DNA from: Candidatus Eiseniibacteriota bacterium
Lineage (GTDB): Bacteria; Eisenbacteria; RBG-16-71-46; CAIMUX01; VGJL01
DNA: 64,000 nucleotides
Direction of reading: 5' to 3'
NCBI GenBank assembly: GCA_041946735.1
Contig: JBHGAY010000017.1
Coordinates: 1 to 64,000, forward strand
The notes below the pieces were generated by a model. That model worked only from the letters and a program-made list of their open reading frames with translations. It had not been told where the DNA came from and made no database searches. This document shows, piece by piece, positions 37,242 to 49,590 of the stretch. The number at the start of each line of letters is the position of its first letter. The stretch's first letter is position 1. The position numbers were made by a program, and so were the translations under genes.

Positions 37242-38276
37242 GTGAGGGAGCGACCGGCGCCGGTGGCCGCCGTGGCCGGCCTCGCCGCCTGGATCGGCCT
37301 CGCCTGCCTCATCGGCTCTGGTTGCTCGGGCCCGCCTGCCGACGCCCCGGCGGCTCCCCTGCTGCGCGCGAGCGTCGACCCCGACTCGGCCGGCCTCGGC
37401 GACCCCGTCGTTCTGACCATCGAGGCGTACGTCCCGGCGGGAACGGAGGTCGCTCTGGAGAGCGAGGGAGACAGTCTCGGACCCTGGAAGATCCTGCGCG
37501 CGGGCAAGCAGAAGCGCCGGCACGCGGGGCAGCTCGACCTCTGGCGCAAGGAGATGAAGGTGGCGGCCTACCGGCTCGGCTCGCTCGGGCCGGATTCGCT
37601 TCGCTTGCGCTCGCCGGCAGGGGGGGCGTTCGCCATCGCCGCGGCCGCGCCGCGCCTCGAGATCGGCGGGAGCATCCCGCCTGGCGAACAGGTCGATCCG
37701 TCCAAGGCGCGTGGCATCCGGGACCTGATCCGTCGCGGGCTTCCCGGCTGGGTGAGGCTGTTCGCGATCCTGGTGCTCGCCGCCGCGGCGATCGTGTCCG
37801 CGATCCTCTGGTGGACGTCGAGAAAGCGGCGGGCGCGGGCCGCGCTGGCTCCGGCGGCGCCGCGGCTCTCGCCCGAGGAGGAGTTCGAGGCGGCGATCGC
37901 GAGGCTTCTCGGCGCGAAGCTGCTCGAGCGCGGCCTCGCCCGTGAGTTCTACTACGAGGTGTCCCGGGCGGTGCGTCTCTATCTCGAGCGGCTGCACGAG
38001 CTGCCGCTGCTCGAGTCGACGTCGGAAGAGGTGCGCTCGCTGCTCGCCGGGCGGATCGCGGCGGCCGAAGATCGCGAGGCGCTGCGCGACTGGCTCGCCG
38101 AGGGGGACCTCGTGAAGTACGCGCGGCTCGAGCGGCTCGAGGCGGAGGCGCTGCGATACCTCGAACGGTCGCGCGATCTGGTGAAGCGGCTCGCGCCGCC
38201 GCCGCCGGCGCCGCTTGCCGAGACGCCGCCGGGCGCCAACGGCTCGCACCCGCTCCCCCAAGAGGCGCGGCCGTGA
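37242..38276 (+). CDS. Bat-operon membrane-anchored hypothetical protein
   Basis: Signal/lipobox-like N-terminus, central TM, YLE....LESTSEE...DLVKYA; sits between DUF58 and batA. Confidence 0.75.
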   Translation: MRERPAPVAAVAGLAAWIGLACLIGSGCSGPPADAPAAPLLRASVDPDSAGLGDPVVLTIEAYVPAGTEVALESEGDSLGPWKILRAGKQKRRHAGQLDLWRKEMKVAAYRLGSLGPDSLRLRSPAGGAFAIAAAAPRLEIGGSIPPGEQVDPSKARGIRDLIRRGLPGWVRLFAILVLAAAAIVSAILWWTSRKRRARAALAPAAPRLSPEEEFEAAIARLLGAKLLERGLAREFYYEVSRAVRLYLERLHELPLLESTSEEVRSLLAGRIAAAEDREALRDWLAEGDLVKYARLERLEAEALRYLERSRDLVKRLAPPPPAPLAETPPGANGSHPLPQEARP

Positions 38277-39256
38277 AGTTCGGCGAGCCCGCGTTCCTGC
38301 TTCTCCTGCTGCTGCCCGCCGCATGGCTCTTGCTGCGCCTGCGCCGCCGCGAGCGTTTCGAGGCGACGCTCCCCCATCCCGACGTCGGACTGATCCCGGA
38401 GGGAAGCTGGCGTGTGCACGCGCGACGGGCCCTGCCGGTTCTTCGGGGACTTGCTCTTGCCTGCCTCGTCGTCGCCCTCGCGCGCCCGATGGCGGGCGAG
38501 CGCGAGGAGGTCGTCGTCTCCGAAGGGATCGACATCATCCTCGGGCTCGACATCTCGGGAAGCATGCGAGCCGAGGACTTCCAGCCGGACAACCGGCTCG
38601 CCGTCGCGAAGGAGGTCGCGCGCCGGTTCATCGAAGGGCGGCGCGGGGACCGCATCGGCCTCGTCGTGTTCGCGAACGGCGCCTACACGCAGTGTCCGCT
38701 CACGACCGACTATCCGGTGCTGCTGCAGATGCTCGACAAGGTCGACTTCGGCGACATCAAAGACGGCACCGCGGTCGGGATGGCGATCGCCACGGGGACG
38801 AACCGACTGCGCGAAGCCAGCTCGCCGAGCAAGGTCCTGATCCTCTTGACGGACGGACGGAACAACGCGGGGACGATCGACCCGATCACCGCCGCGCGGT
38901 TGGCCAAGGCGGTGGGGGTGCGGATCCACACGATCGCCGCCGGCTCGACCGGCGAGGCGCCGTTCCCGGTCGACGATCCCGTCTTCGGGCGGCGCTACGT
39001 GCAACTTCCCGTCCAGATCGACGAGGAGAGCCTGCGCGAGGTCGCGTCGATCACCGGGGGAGAGTATTTCCGCGCGACCGATGCGGGAGGGCTTGCGGCA
39101 ATCTACCAGCGGATCGACGAGATGGAGAAGACGCGCGTCGAGACGCGCTCGTACGTGGACTACAGCGAGTTCGGGCCGGCGCTGCTCTTGCCGGCGCTGG
39201 CGCTTGTCGTGGGAGAGCTGCTGCTTGCGCTCGGGCCGCTGCGAAAGCTGCCGTAG
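38273..39256 (+). CDS. batA: BatA VWA-domain protein
   Basis: N-terminal F..P..L, LARP, DISGSM.AEDF.P.NRL, LLTDG.NN.G. Confidence 0.9.
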   Translation: MKFGEPAFLLLLLLPAAWLLLRLRRRERFEATLPHPDVGLIPEGSWRVHARRALPVLRGLALACLVVALARPMAGEREEVVVSEGIDIILGLDISGSMRAEDFQPDNRLAVAKEVARRFIEGRRGDRIGLVVFANGAYTQCPLTTDYPVLLQMLDKVDFGDIKDGTAVGMAIATGTNRLREASSPSKVLILLTDGRNNAGTIDPITAARLAKAVGVRIHTIAAGSTGEAPFPVDDPVFGRRYVQLPVQIDEESLREVASITGGEYFRATDAGGLAAIYQRIDEMEKTRVETRSYVDYSEFGPALLLPALALVVGELLLALGPLRKLP

Positions 39257-39309
39257 ATGGCGCGGCGCTGCGCGGCGCCGTGAGGAACGGTAGGAGGTAG
39301 GGGAGGGCG

Positions 39310-40328
39310 ATGCTTCGATTCGGAGAGCCGGGCGTGCTTTGGGGACTCTTGGCAATTCCCGCGCTCGCCTTCCTGTGGCTCTGGGCGGACCGCCGCCGGC
39401 GGCGGGACCTCGACCGCTGGATCGGGCGGGAGCTGTGGCCTCGACTGATCGCCGATCGCTCGGAGGCGGTGCGGACCGCCTCCGCGGCGCTGCTCCTGCT
39501 TTCCCTCTTCCTGCTGCTGCTCGGCGCGGCTCGACCGCAGCTCGGCTCGCGCGTGCTCGAGACGCGGCAGCGCGGGATCGACGTCGTCCTTGCCGTCGAC
39601 GTATCCCTGTCGATGGAGGCGCGCGACATCGCGCCGAGCCGCGAGGAGCGCGCGCGCCAGGAGGTCCTCGCCCTGCTCGATCGCCTGAAGGGCGATCGCA
39701 TCGCTCTCGTCACGTTCGCCGGAGAAGCGTTCCTCCAGAGCCCGCTGACCCTCGACCGCGGGACGGTGCGGATGCTGTTGCCGCTGCTCGATCCCGAGTC
39801 GGCCGTCGAGCCGGGGACGAACCTGGCGGAAGCGGTCCTGCGGTCGGCCGGCGCCTTCCAGGAGGATCCGCGGCGCGGGCGAGCCGTCATCCTGCTGACC
39901 GACGGAGAGGCGCATCAGGGCGACATCGACGCGGCGATCGCGGCGGCGAAGGAGGCGCGCGTGCGGATCTGCGCGATCGGCATCGGGAAGGCGCAGGGGG
40001 AGCCGATCCCGCTTGCGACCCGTCCGGGCGCTCCGCCGGAGTACAAACGCGATTCGAACGGCCAGATCGTGATGACGCGCCTGACCGAGGAGCCGCTGCG
40101 CCGGCTCTGTTCAGAGACCGGAGGCGCATACGTGCGCTCGGATGCGGGATCGGCGGGCGCCCGCGTGATCGAGGCGCTGCGGGATCTGCAGCAGGGGGAG
40201 ACGAAGGGAGGGCTCGGGATCCGGTACAAGGAGCGTTTTGCCTACTTCGCCGGCGCATCCTTCACGTTGCTCCTCGTCGAGGGGCTCCTGGGGGAGAAGC
40301 GGCGCCGGAGCGAAAGGAGGGAGCAAGG

Positions 40329-40332
<4 letters not shown>
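39310..40332 (+). CDS. batB: BatB VWA-domain protein
   Basis: DVSLSM.ARDIAPSR, PLTLD, LTDGE.H, GEPIP. Confidence 0.88.
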
Positions 40333-41134
<802 letters not shown>

Positions 41135-41135
<1 letters not shown>

Positions 41136-43825
41136 TGCCGGCTCGCTTTCTCCGCCGCGGCGGCCAGGGCGCGCGGCCCTTCCTCCTCCTGGCGCTTCTC
41201 CTCGCGCTCGCGAGCGCCGCGCCGGCGCACGCCGAGGTCCGGGTCGAGGCGTCCCTCGATCCTCAGGGGATCGAGGCGGGGACCGCCTCGCTGCTCACGA
41301 TCCACGTGGAGGGCGCGGGCGGCGTGGAAGAGAAGCCTGCCATCCGAGTCCCCGACGGCCTACGGATCGCGGAGGCGGGAGAGAGCCGGAGCTTCTCCAT
41401 GGTCAACGGGCGGATCACGAAGTCGGTCGATTTGCAGTACCAGGTGATCGCCCTCCGTCCAGGGTCCTACTCCATCGAGCCGTTCGAAGTGCGCGTGGGC
41501 GGCCGGGCGTACCGCGCCGGTCCGTTCCAACTCGAGGTCAGCCGCTCGGGCGCGCCGCCCGCCGGTCCCTCCTCGCCCGGAGGGGCGCCGCCCGGCGCCG
41601 CGGACGAGGGGGAGCCGCGAAGCGCGCCGCCCGTCTGGGTCGAGATGACCGTCGAGCCCGAGGAGGTGTGGCTCGGCCAGCAGGTCCTGCTCCGCGTGAC
41701 GTTCTGGCAGCGCGCCGACGTGTCGGTTCTCGACGCGCGCTTCTTGCCCCCCGAGACGCAGGGATTCTGGAAGGAGGATCTGCCGCCGGAGCGACGGCGA
41801 AGCGGTTCGCGAGGCGGGGTGCCCTACGAGGGAACGGAGGTCCGCTTCGCGCTCTTCCCGACGCGCGCGGGCGATCTCGAGATCACGCCCGCGCAGGTCC
41901 AGGCGCAGTATCGCGTCCCGACGCGCGGCCGCCGCACCGATCCGTTCTCGTTCTTCGGCCTCGTCGCTCGGGAGCGGGAGGAGATGGTGCCGTCGGGCTC
42001 CGCCCGCGTGCGCGTGCGCGCGCTCCCCTCGCCGGCGCCCGCGGGATTCACCGGCGCGGTCGGCAGCTTCCGCATCGAGTCGACGACCGATCGGCCGGCC
42101 GGCGTGCAGGGGGAGCCTCTCACATGGACCGTGACGATCCGCGGCGCCGGCAACGTCTCGGCCGCCGACGGTCCTGGGTTTCCGGAGATCCCCGGGGTGC
42201 GGGCCTACGATGCGGGCGCCAAGTCCGAGACGTCGCGTGACGGCGATCGCGTGCAGGGATGGAAGAGCTTCGGCCGCGTTCTCGTTCCCGAGGCGGCGGG
42301 CCGGCTCGTCCTGCCGTCTCTCGACTGGGCCTATTTCGATCCGGCGGAAGGACGCTACGTGACGGTGGAGGTGGCCTCGCGCTCGCTCTCGATCGCCCCT
42401 GCGCAGCCGAGCGCGGAGGGCGAGGCGGGGAGGATCGGTGGCGAGATCCGCGACATCCGTCCGTCGACGCGCTTGCAGCCGCTGTCCTGGGAACGGCCGT
42501 GGCGCTCGCCCCTCTTCTGGACGGCGCAGGCGGTTCCCATCCTCGCGCTCGCCGCGGGATTCGTCATCCGCCGGAGGAGGGAGCGACGCGAGCGCGACCC
42601 GGCTGGCGCGCGCCGTGAAGACGCGCCGGCGATGCTGCGCGCCGCCCTTGCCCGCGCCGCGGCGGACCGCTCCGATCCCTGGGGCGAGTTGATACGCGCC
42701 GTCGAGCAGTTCCTGGTCGACCGCTACGGGAGCGAGGTGCGCGGCATCACCCGGGCCGCGCTCGAGGAGGACCTCCGCGCGCGCGGCGTCGAACCGGAGA
42801 CCGCGCGACGGCTGCGCGCCCTGCTGGAGACCGCGGACCGATCGCGTTACCTGCCGGGGAGCGGGACGGGGCAGGCGGATCTCGGGCGCGCGGTGGAAGA
42901 AGCGCGCGCGTGCGCGGCCGGGCTGATGTCGCGGCGCCGGCCCGCGATGTCGCGGCTTCGGCGCACCGGCGCCGGGGCCGCCGGGGGCGCGGCTCTCCTC
43001 GCGGTCCTGTCGCTTCCGGCGCTGCCGGCGGCGGCGCTGCTCGGCGCCGCCTCCGTCTCGCCGGCCTCCGCCGCCTCCGCCGCCGCGGCGGCTTCCAGCG
43101 CTCCGGCTGCCTCCGGCGCTTCCGCAGCCGCCAGGCGAGCGTTCGACGAGGGAGTGCGCCTGTATCGCGACCAGCGCTACGCGGAGGCTCTGCAGAGCTG
43201 GCGCGAAGTGCTGCGCGACGGATATGCCTCGACGGAGCTGTTCCTCGACCTGGGAAACGCGGCGCATCGCCTCGGAGAGGAAGGATGGGCCGTCTACTAC
43301 TACGAGCAGGCGCGACGCCGGTCGCCGCGCGATCCCGACGTCGCCGTCAACCTCGCCCTCGCGCGGCGGGAGGCGGTCGGCGAGGAGCCGCGCGTGAAGG
43401 GAGGCTCGACGCTTCTCTCCGCCGCCAGCGCGGCACTCGACCGGATTCCGTCCGGCTTCGGCGCTCGCGCGGCCGCCGTCTTCGCTTGGATCGCGGTGGC
43501 CGCGATCCTCGTCTCCTGGTTCGTCGCGCGGGGGCGGGCGGCTTGGTCGCTCCGGGCGATCGCCGGAGGTCTGACCGTCCTCTGCATGCTGCTCTCCGTC
43601 GCGATTGCGGCGCGCGAATCGGTCCGACCCGAGGCGATCGCGGTGCAAGCCCTCGCGGCGCGCGCGGAGCCCGGCGAGGAGGCTACCGTCGAGTTCCGGC
43701 TCCCGGCCGGCAGTCCGGTGGATCTGGGCCGCTCGTCCGGCGGATGGCAGGAGGTGAGGCTGTCCGAGACGGTGCGCGGTTGGGTGCCGCGCGAGCAAGT
43801 CGCTCCGTTCGACCCGCCTCGCTGA
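41135..43825 (+). CDS. batD: BatD-BatE fusion (BatD Ig domains + TM + TPR + SH3-like)
   Basis: SFSMVNG, FTGAVG, YFDP..GRY; C-terminal part has TPR (LGNA...YYE.A...P.DPD...NL) and GWVP. Confidence 0.82.
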
Positions 43826-43980
43826 GCGTGCGGCGGGGAGCGCGGCGGCGCGAATGGCACGAAGGCCGAGCTTCGCGCGGCCGAGAGGCGGATCCAGAGC
43901 GCGCTTGCCGCCGCCGGGGGCGTCTGGTAGCTTGCTTGTGGGGTGGAAGGGAAGCGGGAAAGGTTCCTCGGAAGGAAACG

Positions 43981-44460
43981 ATGATCGAACCGTCCAATAT
44001 TCTCCGCTATATCGATGAGCGTTTCTTCGTCCGCGACCTTCGGGCGCGTACGAAGGACGGTGTCTTGAAGGAACTCGCCGACGGCCTGTCGCAAGATCGA
44101 GAAGTCCGGGACGTCAAGCTCCTCCTCGAAATGCTCCGGAGGCGGGAGAGCCTCGGCTCGACGGCGATCGGCGATGGAGTCGCGATTCCGCACGGCCGCA
44201 CGCTCGCGATCTCGAACATCAAGGTCCTGTTCGCGCGGCATCTGAAGGGGGTCGATTTCGAGGCGCCCGATGAGAAGCCGGTCCACCTCTTCTTCATGAT
44301 CGTCGCCCCCCCGCAAGACCGAAACAACGAGTACCTCCCGCTCCTCGGCTCGATCGCCCAGCTCGTCAAGGAGCCGGCGGTCCGCGAAGAGCTGATGAAG
44401 GTGGAGACGTTCTCGGATCTCCGGGAGGTGCTCGAGGGAGGCTTCGATGGAGATCGGTGA
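43981..44460 (+). CDS. PTS IIA domain protein (fructose/nitrogen-type)
   Basis: RESLGSTAIGDGVAIPHGR. Confidence 0.9.
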   Translation: MIEPSNILRYIDERFFVRDLRARTKDGVLKELADGLSQDREVRDVKLLLEMLRRRESLGSTAIGDGVAIPHGRTLAISNIKVLFARHLKGVDFEAPDEKPVHLFFMIVAPPQDRNNEYLPLLGSIAQLVKEPAVREELMKVETFSDLREVLEGGFDGDR

Positions 44461-44800
44461 GAGGCTCGCCCGGCTGTCCCATCTCCAGGACCTCGAGATG
44501 ATGCTGCGTGAGGCGCAGGATGCCCGGACCAAGGAGCGCGAGGAAGAGATGGGCTTCTCGCTCCGCGGGCTCGAGAAGCTCCAGGCCGCGCGCGACAAGT
44601 GGCGCAGCCAGATCGATCCCCGCGACCTCCGTCTCTTCGATCGGATCTACAAGCGGCACCCCAGGGCCATCGTCCCGGTCGAGGATCGCATCTGCCTCGG
44701 CTGCTACATGGCACTGCCGACCTCGGTCAATCCCGGGAGCGATCCGGATCGCCTCCTCACCTGCGAGAACTGCGGCCGGATCCTCTACTGGCTCGATTGA
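44447..44800 (+). CDS. C4 zinc-ribbon protein (zf-RING_7/DUF164, short form)
   Basis: CLGCYMALP...CENCGRILY. Confidence 0.85.
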   Translation: MEIGERLARLSHLQDLEMMLREAQDARTKEREEEMGFSLRGLEKLQAARDKWRSQIDPRDLRLFDRIYKRHPRAIVPVEDRICLGCYMALPTSVNPGSDPDRLLTCENCGRILYWLD

Positions 44801-44847
44801 CCCCGGGCCGCCCTAGCGGCCAGGGCTCCGTCCCTCTCCGGAAGCCG

Positions 44848-46401
44848 ATGCGAGGGCCTTTGCGCGCCATAGAAGGAACGATCCTCGCAGGCGAGCGTCT
44901 CGTCGCCGGCGGCCGGGTCGTCTTCCGTCTCCACGGTGCGATCGAAGAGCCGGGACAAGCGGCAGAGGGGGTGTGGCGCCTCGCCCCCGAGGAGATCCTG
45001 CTCCCTGCGCTGCACGACCATCACACGCACCTGATCGGGACATACCGCCCCGCGCGCGGTCCGGATCTCTCCGGAATCGCTACGCGCGAGGCGGCCCTCG
45101 CCGCCGTAGCCGGCTGGCTGGCCGCGCACCCCGATGCCGACCCCGTGGTCGGCGAGGGATGGGACGAGTCGGCATGGAGCGACGACCGGCGCAAGCTCAC
45201 GCGCGGCGATCTCGACCGGATCGAGCCACGCCGGCGGGTTGCGCTGCGGCGCGTATGCGGGCACCTGGCGGTGCTGAACGGCGCGGCCTGGCGGGACCTC
45301 GCTCCCGCCGGCGCCGAGGCTGACCCCGCAACCGGGACGATCGTCGAGACCCTCGCGCTCGGCCTCCCCGCGAGATGGCCGGATGCGCCGGAAGGGGCGA
45401 TCGAGGGGGCGCGGGCCGGGCAGTGCGCAGCGTTCGCGAACGGCGTCCGCGGGATCGACGAGATGGGCCGCGCCGAGACGTTCGAAGCCTACGAGCGCCT
45501 CGCGCGGGCCGGCGAGCTGTCGATCGAGGTGCGGCATCAGCTCCCGCTCGACCGGATCGAGGAGATCGAGAGGCAAGGCATTCGCCCGGGGGACGGAACG
45601 CCCCCGCTCTCCCTGCGCGGCCTGAAAGCGTTCCTCGACGGCTCCCTCGGCGCGCGGACCGCGGCGCTCTCCGTCCCGTATGCGGACAGAGAGGACCGCG
45701 GACTCCTGCTCTGGGAGTCTGGCGCCCTCCGGGACGCGGCGCAGCGCGGGGCCTCGCTCGGATTCGCGATCGTGCTGCACGCGATCGGCGCGCGCGCAAT
45801 CGCCCAGGCGATCGACGTGCTATCCGAGATCCCGCCGGCGCCCAGCGGGTTTCCGCACCGCATCGAGCATGCGGAGGATCTGGCCCCGGGCGAGATCGCG
45901 CGCGCCTCGCGGGCGGGGATCGCCTTCTCGATGCAGCCGAACTTCACGGCACGCTGGCAGCAGGCGGGAGGGATGTACGAGGCGGCGCTCGGCCGCGAGC
46001 GCGCCCGCCGGTTGAACCCGTACCGATCGGTCCGCGCCGGCGGCGCCCGGCTCTGCCTCGGCTCCGACACGATGCCGTTCGGTCCGTGGGCCGGACTGCC
46101 CGGCGCCTGCGCCCACCCGGATCCCGCCGAGAGGCTCCCCGCCGCGACCGCGCTCCATGCCTACGCGCGCGATGGGGTCGGCCCGGAGCCGGCCGCCTCG
46201 CGGCTCGCCGCGGGAGCGCCTGCCGACCTGCTCGTCGTTTCCGCGCCGGGAGGTGATCTCGATCGCGCGGTTGCGCGCGGAGAGGCGCGCGTCGTCTGGT
46301 GCGCGATCGGCGGCCGCACGGTCCACGTCGATGTCTCGCGGGCTTCCTCGCTGCCGTCGCGCTTCCTGCTGCCGGGCGAGGAGGGGAGCGCCGTCCGATG
46401 A
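44848..46401 (+). CDS. Amidohydrolase 3 (YtcJ-like)
   Basis: LPALHDHHTH, K.FLDGSLGARTA, HAIG, HRIEHAE, GSD. Confidence 0.88.
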   Translation: MRGPLRAIEGTILAGERLVAGGRVVFRLHGAIEEPGQAAEGVWRLAPEEILLPALHDHHTHLIGTYRPARGPDLSGIATREAALAAVAGWLAAHPDADPVVGEGWDESAWSDDRRKLTRGDLDRIEPRRRVALRRVCGHLAVLNGAAWRDLAPAGAEADPATGTIVETLALGLPARWPDAPEGAIEGARAGQCAAFANGVRGIDEMGRAETFEAYERLARAGELSIEVRHQLPLDRIEEIERQGIRPGDGTPPLSLRGLKAFLDGSLGARTAALSVPYADREDRGLLLWESGALRDAAQRGASLGFAIVLHAIGARAIAQAIDVLSEIPPAPSGFPHRIEHAEDLAPGEIARASRAGIAFSMQPNFTARWQQAGGMYEAALGRERARRLNPYRSVRAGGARLCLGSDTMPFGPWAGLPGACAHPDPAERLPAATALHAYARDGVGPEPAASRLAAGAPADLLVVSAPGGDLDRAVARGEARVVWCAIGGRTVHVDVSRASSLPSRFLLPGEEGSAVR

Positions 46402-48152
46402 ACACGACCCCCGCGCGCGGCCCGGATCTCGCCTTCCTCTTCGAGGCATCCCGCCGGCTGAACCGGGTGCTCGAGCTGGAATCGCTTCTGCACGAGATTC
46501 GCGACATCTTCCTCGAGGCGGTCGACGCGGAGGCGGTGACCGTTCTCATCTGGGACGAGGACAAGACGCACCTCGAGTTCCAGCTCGCCTTCAACCGGGC
46601 CGACGACGCCGTGCGCCGTCTGTACCTGCGTCCCGGGGAGGGGCTCGCCGGGTGGGTCGCCGAGAACGACCGCTCCGTCATCGTCAACGACGTCCGCGAG
46701 GACGGCCGCTACAAGCACGAGATCGACCGGGTGCTCGGCTTCACGACCCGCTCGGTTCTCGGGATTCCCATCCATCGAGGACGGACGGTCGTCGGCGTGC
46801 TCGAGATCGCCAACCGCCGGCATCCGGACGGATTCACCGAAGCGGACCTGGAAGTCGCGACCGCCCTCGCCGATCCGGTCGCCGTCGCCCTGGAGAACGC
46901 GCTGCTGTATCGCGATCTGCAGATCGAGAAGGCGGAGAACGAGGCGCTCTACCGCATCGGCACGCGACTTTCACAGACGATCGAGATGACCGAGACGCTC
47001 GAGACGATCCTCGATCTGATCGCCGAGGTCCTGCCTTACGATGCGGCCGGAATTGCGCTGACCTCCGGAGATCCGCCGATCGTCGGGATGGTCGCGACGC
47101 GCGGCTACCCGCCGTCGGCGGAACGGAGCTTCCGGCTGAAGGTGGGGCAGGGGGCGGTCGGCTGGGTCGTGAAGACGGGCGAGGCTCTGCGGATCGCGGA
47201 CGTCTCCTCCGACCGGCGCTATTTCGCGGCGCGTCCCGACACGCGCTCCGAGCTGGTCGTCCCGCTGCATGCCGAAGGGAAGGTCATCGGGGCGTGCAAT
47301 CTCGAGAGCGACGAGCTCGACGCCTACCGCCCGCGTCACGTGCGGATGCTTCTCTCGTTCGCGAACCTGGCTGCCGTGACGGTCGGTCGCGTCCGCTTGC
47401 AGCGCGAGGTCCTCCGCCGGCAAAGGCTCCAGGACGAGGTCGAGCTGGCGCGGCGAATCCAGCAGGACTCGCTGCCCGCCTCCGATCCGCGGATTCCCGG
47501 CTACGAGGTCTCCGGCAACACGATCCCGTCGCACGAGGTGGGGGGGGACGGCTATGACCTGATCCCGATCACCTCGGGCCAGTACGGCTTCGTGATCGCC
47601 GATGTCGCAGGCAAGGGAATCCCGGCCGCGCTGATTCTCGCTTCCTTCCGGGCAGCGTTGCGTGCGGAGGTGCGCCATCAGTACGAGATCCGCACGATCC
47701 TCTCGAACGTCAACCGCTTCCTCTGGGAGTCGTTGCGCCCCGATCAGTTCGTGACGGCGATCTACGGGGTGCTCGATCTGCGGCCCCGGGTCTTCACCTA
47801 CACCGGCGCGGGCCACAACCCGCCGATCCTCGTGAGGGCCGACGGAACGGTGGAGTGGCTGCGCGACGGAGGCTTGATCCTCGGCGTCTTCCAGGACGCG
47901 GTCTACCCGCAGAAGCGCCTTCCGCTCCGTCCCGGGGACTGCCTGCTGCTGTACACCGACGGCGCCATCGACGCGGCGGATGCGAGCGGAGAGGAGTTCG
48001 GCGAGGCGCGCCTCGCCGCCGCGTTCGCCGAGGCGCGGGGGCGAACGGCCGCCGAGATTCGTGTCGCGCTGGAGGAGGCGATCCTGCGACACTGCGGGGG
48101 TGAGGCGCAGGACGACGTCACGCTCGTCGTCCTGAAGGTCGCGGGGTCCTGA
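46398..48152 (+). CDS. GAF-GAF-SpoIIE (RsbU-like PP2C phosphatase)
   Basis: Two GAF domains; EVGGDGYD, IADVAGKG, AGHNPP, YTDG, DDVT. Confidence 0.92.
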   Translation: MNTTPARGPDLAFLFEASRRLNRVLELESLLHEIRDIFLEAVDAEAVTVLIWDEDKTHLEFQLAFNRADDAVRRLYLRPGEGLAGWVAENDRSVIVNDVREDGRYKHEIDRVLGFTTRSVLGIPIHRGRTVVGVLEIANRRHPDGFTEADLEVATALADPVAVALENALLYRDLQIEKAENEALYRIGTRLSQTIEMTETLETILDLIAEVLPYDAAGIALTSGDPPIVGMVATRGYPPSAERSFRLKVGQGAVGWVVKTGEALRIADVSSDRRYFAARPDTRSELVVPLHAEGKVIGACNLESDELDAYRPRHVRMLLSFANLAAVTVGRVRLQREVLRRQRLQDEVELARRIQQDSLPASDPRIPGYEVSGNTIPSHEVGGDGYDLIPITSGQYGFVIADVAGKGIPAALILASFRAALRAEVRHQYEIRTILSNVNRFLWESLRPDQFVTAIYGVLDLRPRVFTYTGAGHNPPILVRADGTVEWLRDGGLILGVFQDAVYPQKRLPLRPGDCLLLYTDGAIDAADASGEEFGEARLAAAFAEARGRTAAEIRVALEEAILRHCGGEAQDDVTLVVLKVAGS

Positions 48153-48259
48153 AGGCCGGCAAAGGGGCCGCCGGGACGGAGACAGGTCGAATGCCCGATC
48201 GAGTCTCGCGCCGCGGCCGGTGGGTCGATCCGAACGTTCTCTGCAGGGGGTGTGCCGGG

Positions 48260-48685
48260 ATGTTCCGCAAGGGAAGCAAGACGCCGGACGGGGCGGCGGA
48301 AGGGCCGCAGGCGTACGACACGGTGCTCGGCGCGGGGAGCCGCGTCGAAGGGGACGTCGTGGTCCGGGGCTCGGTGCGGATCCTGGGGGAGGTCGAGGGA
48401 GCGGTCGAGGCGGACGGCGATCTCGAAGTGGAGATGGGGGCGGCAATTCGTGGAGGCGTGAAGGCGGAGCGGGCCTCGATCGCCGGCAGGGTCGAGGGGG
48501 ATGTGCGCGTCCGCGACTCGCTCGAGCTTCGACGCGGAGCCCACCTGCGCGGCGACGTCTACGCCAAGAGCTTCCGCATCCAGGACGGGGCGGTCTTCCA
48601 GGGGAACTGCCACATGGGGCGGGACTTCGACGAGGAGCCGGCGCGGCAAGCCTCGCCGGGCGGGCTGCCTGTGAGGCCCCGATGA
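48260..48685 (+). CDS. Bactofilin (polymer-forming cytoskeletal protein)
   Basis: TVLGAG..VEGD...I.G.VEG...GD.....I.DGAVFQGNCHM. Confidence 0.9.
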   Translation: MFRKGSKTPDGAAEGPQAYDTVLGAGSRVEGDVVVRGSVRILGEVEGAVEADGDLEVEMGAAIRGGVKAERASIAGRVEGDVRVRDSLELRRGAHLRGDVYAKSFRIQDGAVFQGNCHMGRDFDEEPARQASPGGLPVRPR

Positions 48686-49395
48686 GCCGGCGGTACGACT
48701 ACGGCGGGGGAGGCTTCTCCTTCGGCGGGTCGCTCTCCACGGTCGTCAAGCTGCTGATCGCCTGGAACGTGATCTTCTTCTTCGTGCAGCTGCTCTCCGG
48801 GCGGTTCGTGCGCGGCCTCGACGAGTGGATCATCTTCTACCTCGGCCTTACCCCCGGGCTCGTCCTGCACGGCTACGTGTGGCAGCTCGTGACGTACATG
48901 TTCCTTCACGGCGGGCTGTTTCACATCCTGTTCAACATGCTCGCCCTCTGGATGTTCGGCAGCGAGCTGGAGTACCTCTGGGGATCGAGACGCTTCCTGC
49001 AGTACTACTTCTTCACCGGCATCGGCGCCGGGATCACCAACGTGTTGATGCAGCCGCACTCCCTCGTGCCGACGATCGGCGCGAGCGGAGCGATCTACGG
49101 GTTGCTGCTCGCCTTCGGAATGTTCTTCCCCGACCGGCAGATCCTCCTCTACTTCCTCTTTCCGATCCGGGCGAAGTACTTCGTGATCCTCTTCGGCGCG
49201 ATCGAATTCCTCTCGCTCTTCGCGCGCGATGGGATCGCGCACTTCGCTCACCTCGGCGGGCTGCTCTTCGGCTTCCTGTTCATCAAGGGGATCCCGATGC
49301 GCTGGTTCCGGAGGCGCCGCCGCCCGAAGGGGACGAAGATCGTCGACATCCGCTCCTTCCGCGACCCCGACGACCGCGACTCGCGTTGGCGCTGA
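48682..49395 (+). CDS. Rhomboid intramembrane serine protease
   Basis: WQLVTYMFLH, HILFNM, GASGA, AHLGG. Confidence 0.92.
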   Translation: MSRRYDYGGGGFSFGGSLSTVVKLLIAWNVIFFFVQLLSGRFVRGLDEWIIFYLGLTPGLVLHGYVWQLVTYMFLHGGLFHILFNMLALWMFGSELEYLWGSRRFLQYYFFTGIGAGITNVLMQPHSLVPTIGASGAIYGLLLAFGMFFPDRQILLYFLFPIRAKYFVILFGAIEFLSLFARDGIAHFAHLGGLLFGFLFIKGIPMRWFRRRRRPKGTKIVDIRSFRDPDDRDSRWR

Positions 49396-49590
49396 ACGCG
49401 TCGCGGGACTCGTCGCAGATGACGGAAACTTCACGAGAGGATCGTTGTTCGCGATAGGGCGGATCCGGTAATCTCCGCAGTTCTTTGTGCCCGGCATCGC
49501 CATCCTTCCGGCGCCCGGCAGTCCTGCCGGGCCGGCGATTTCCGCACCATACTCAGAATCCGATCGCATGCACGGAGGCAGGAGCATCCG

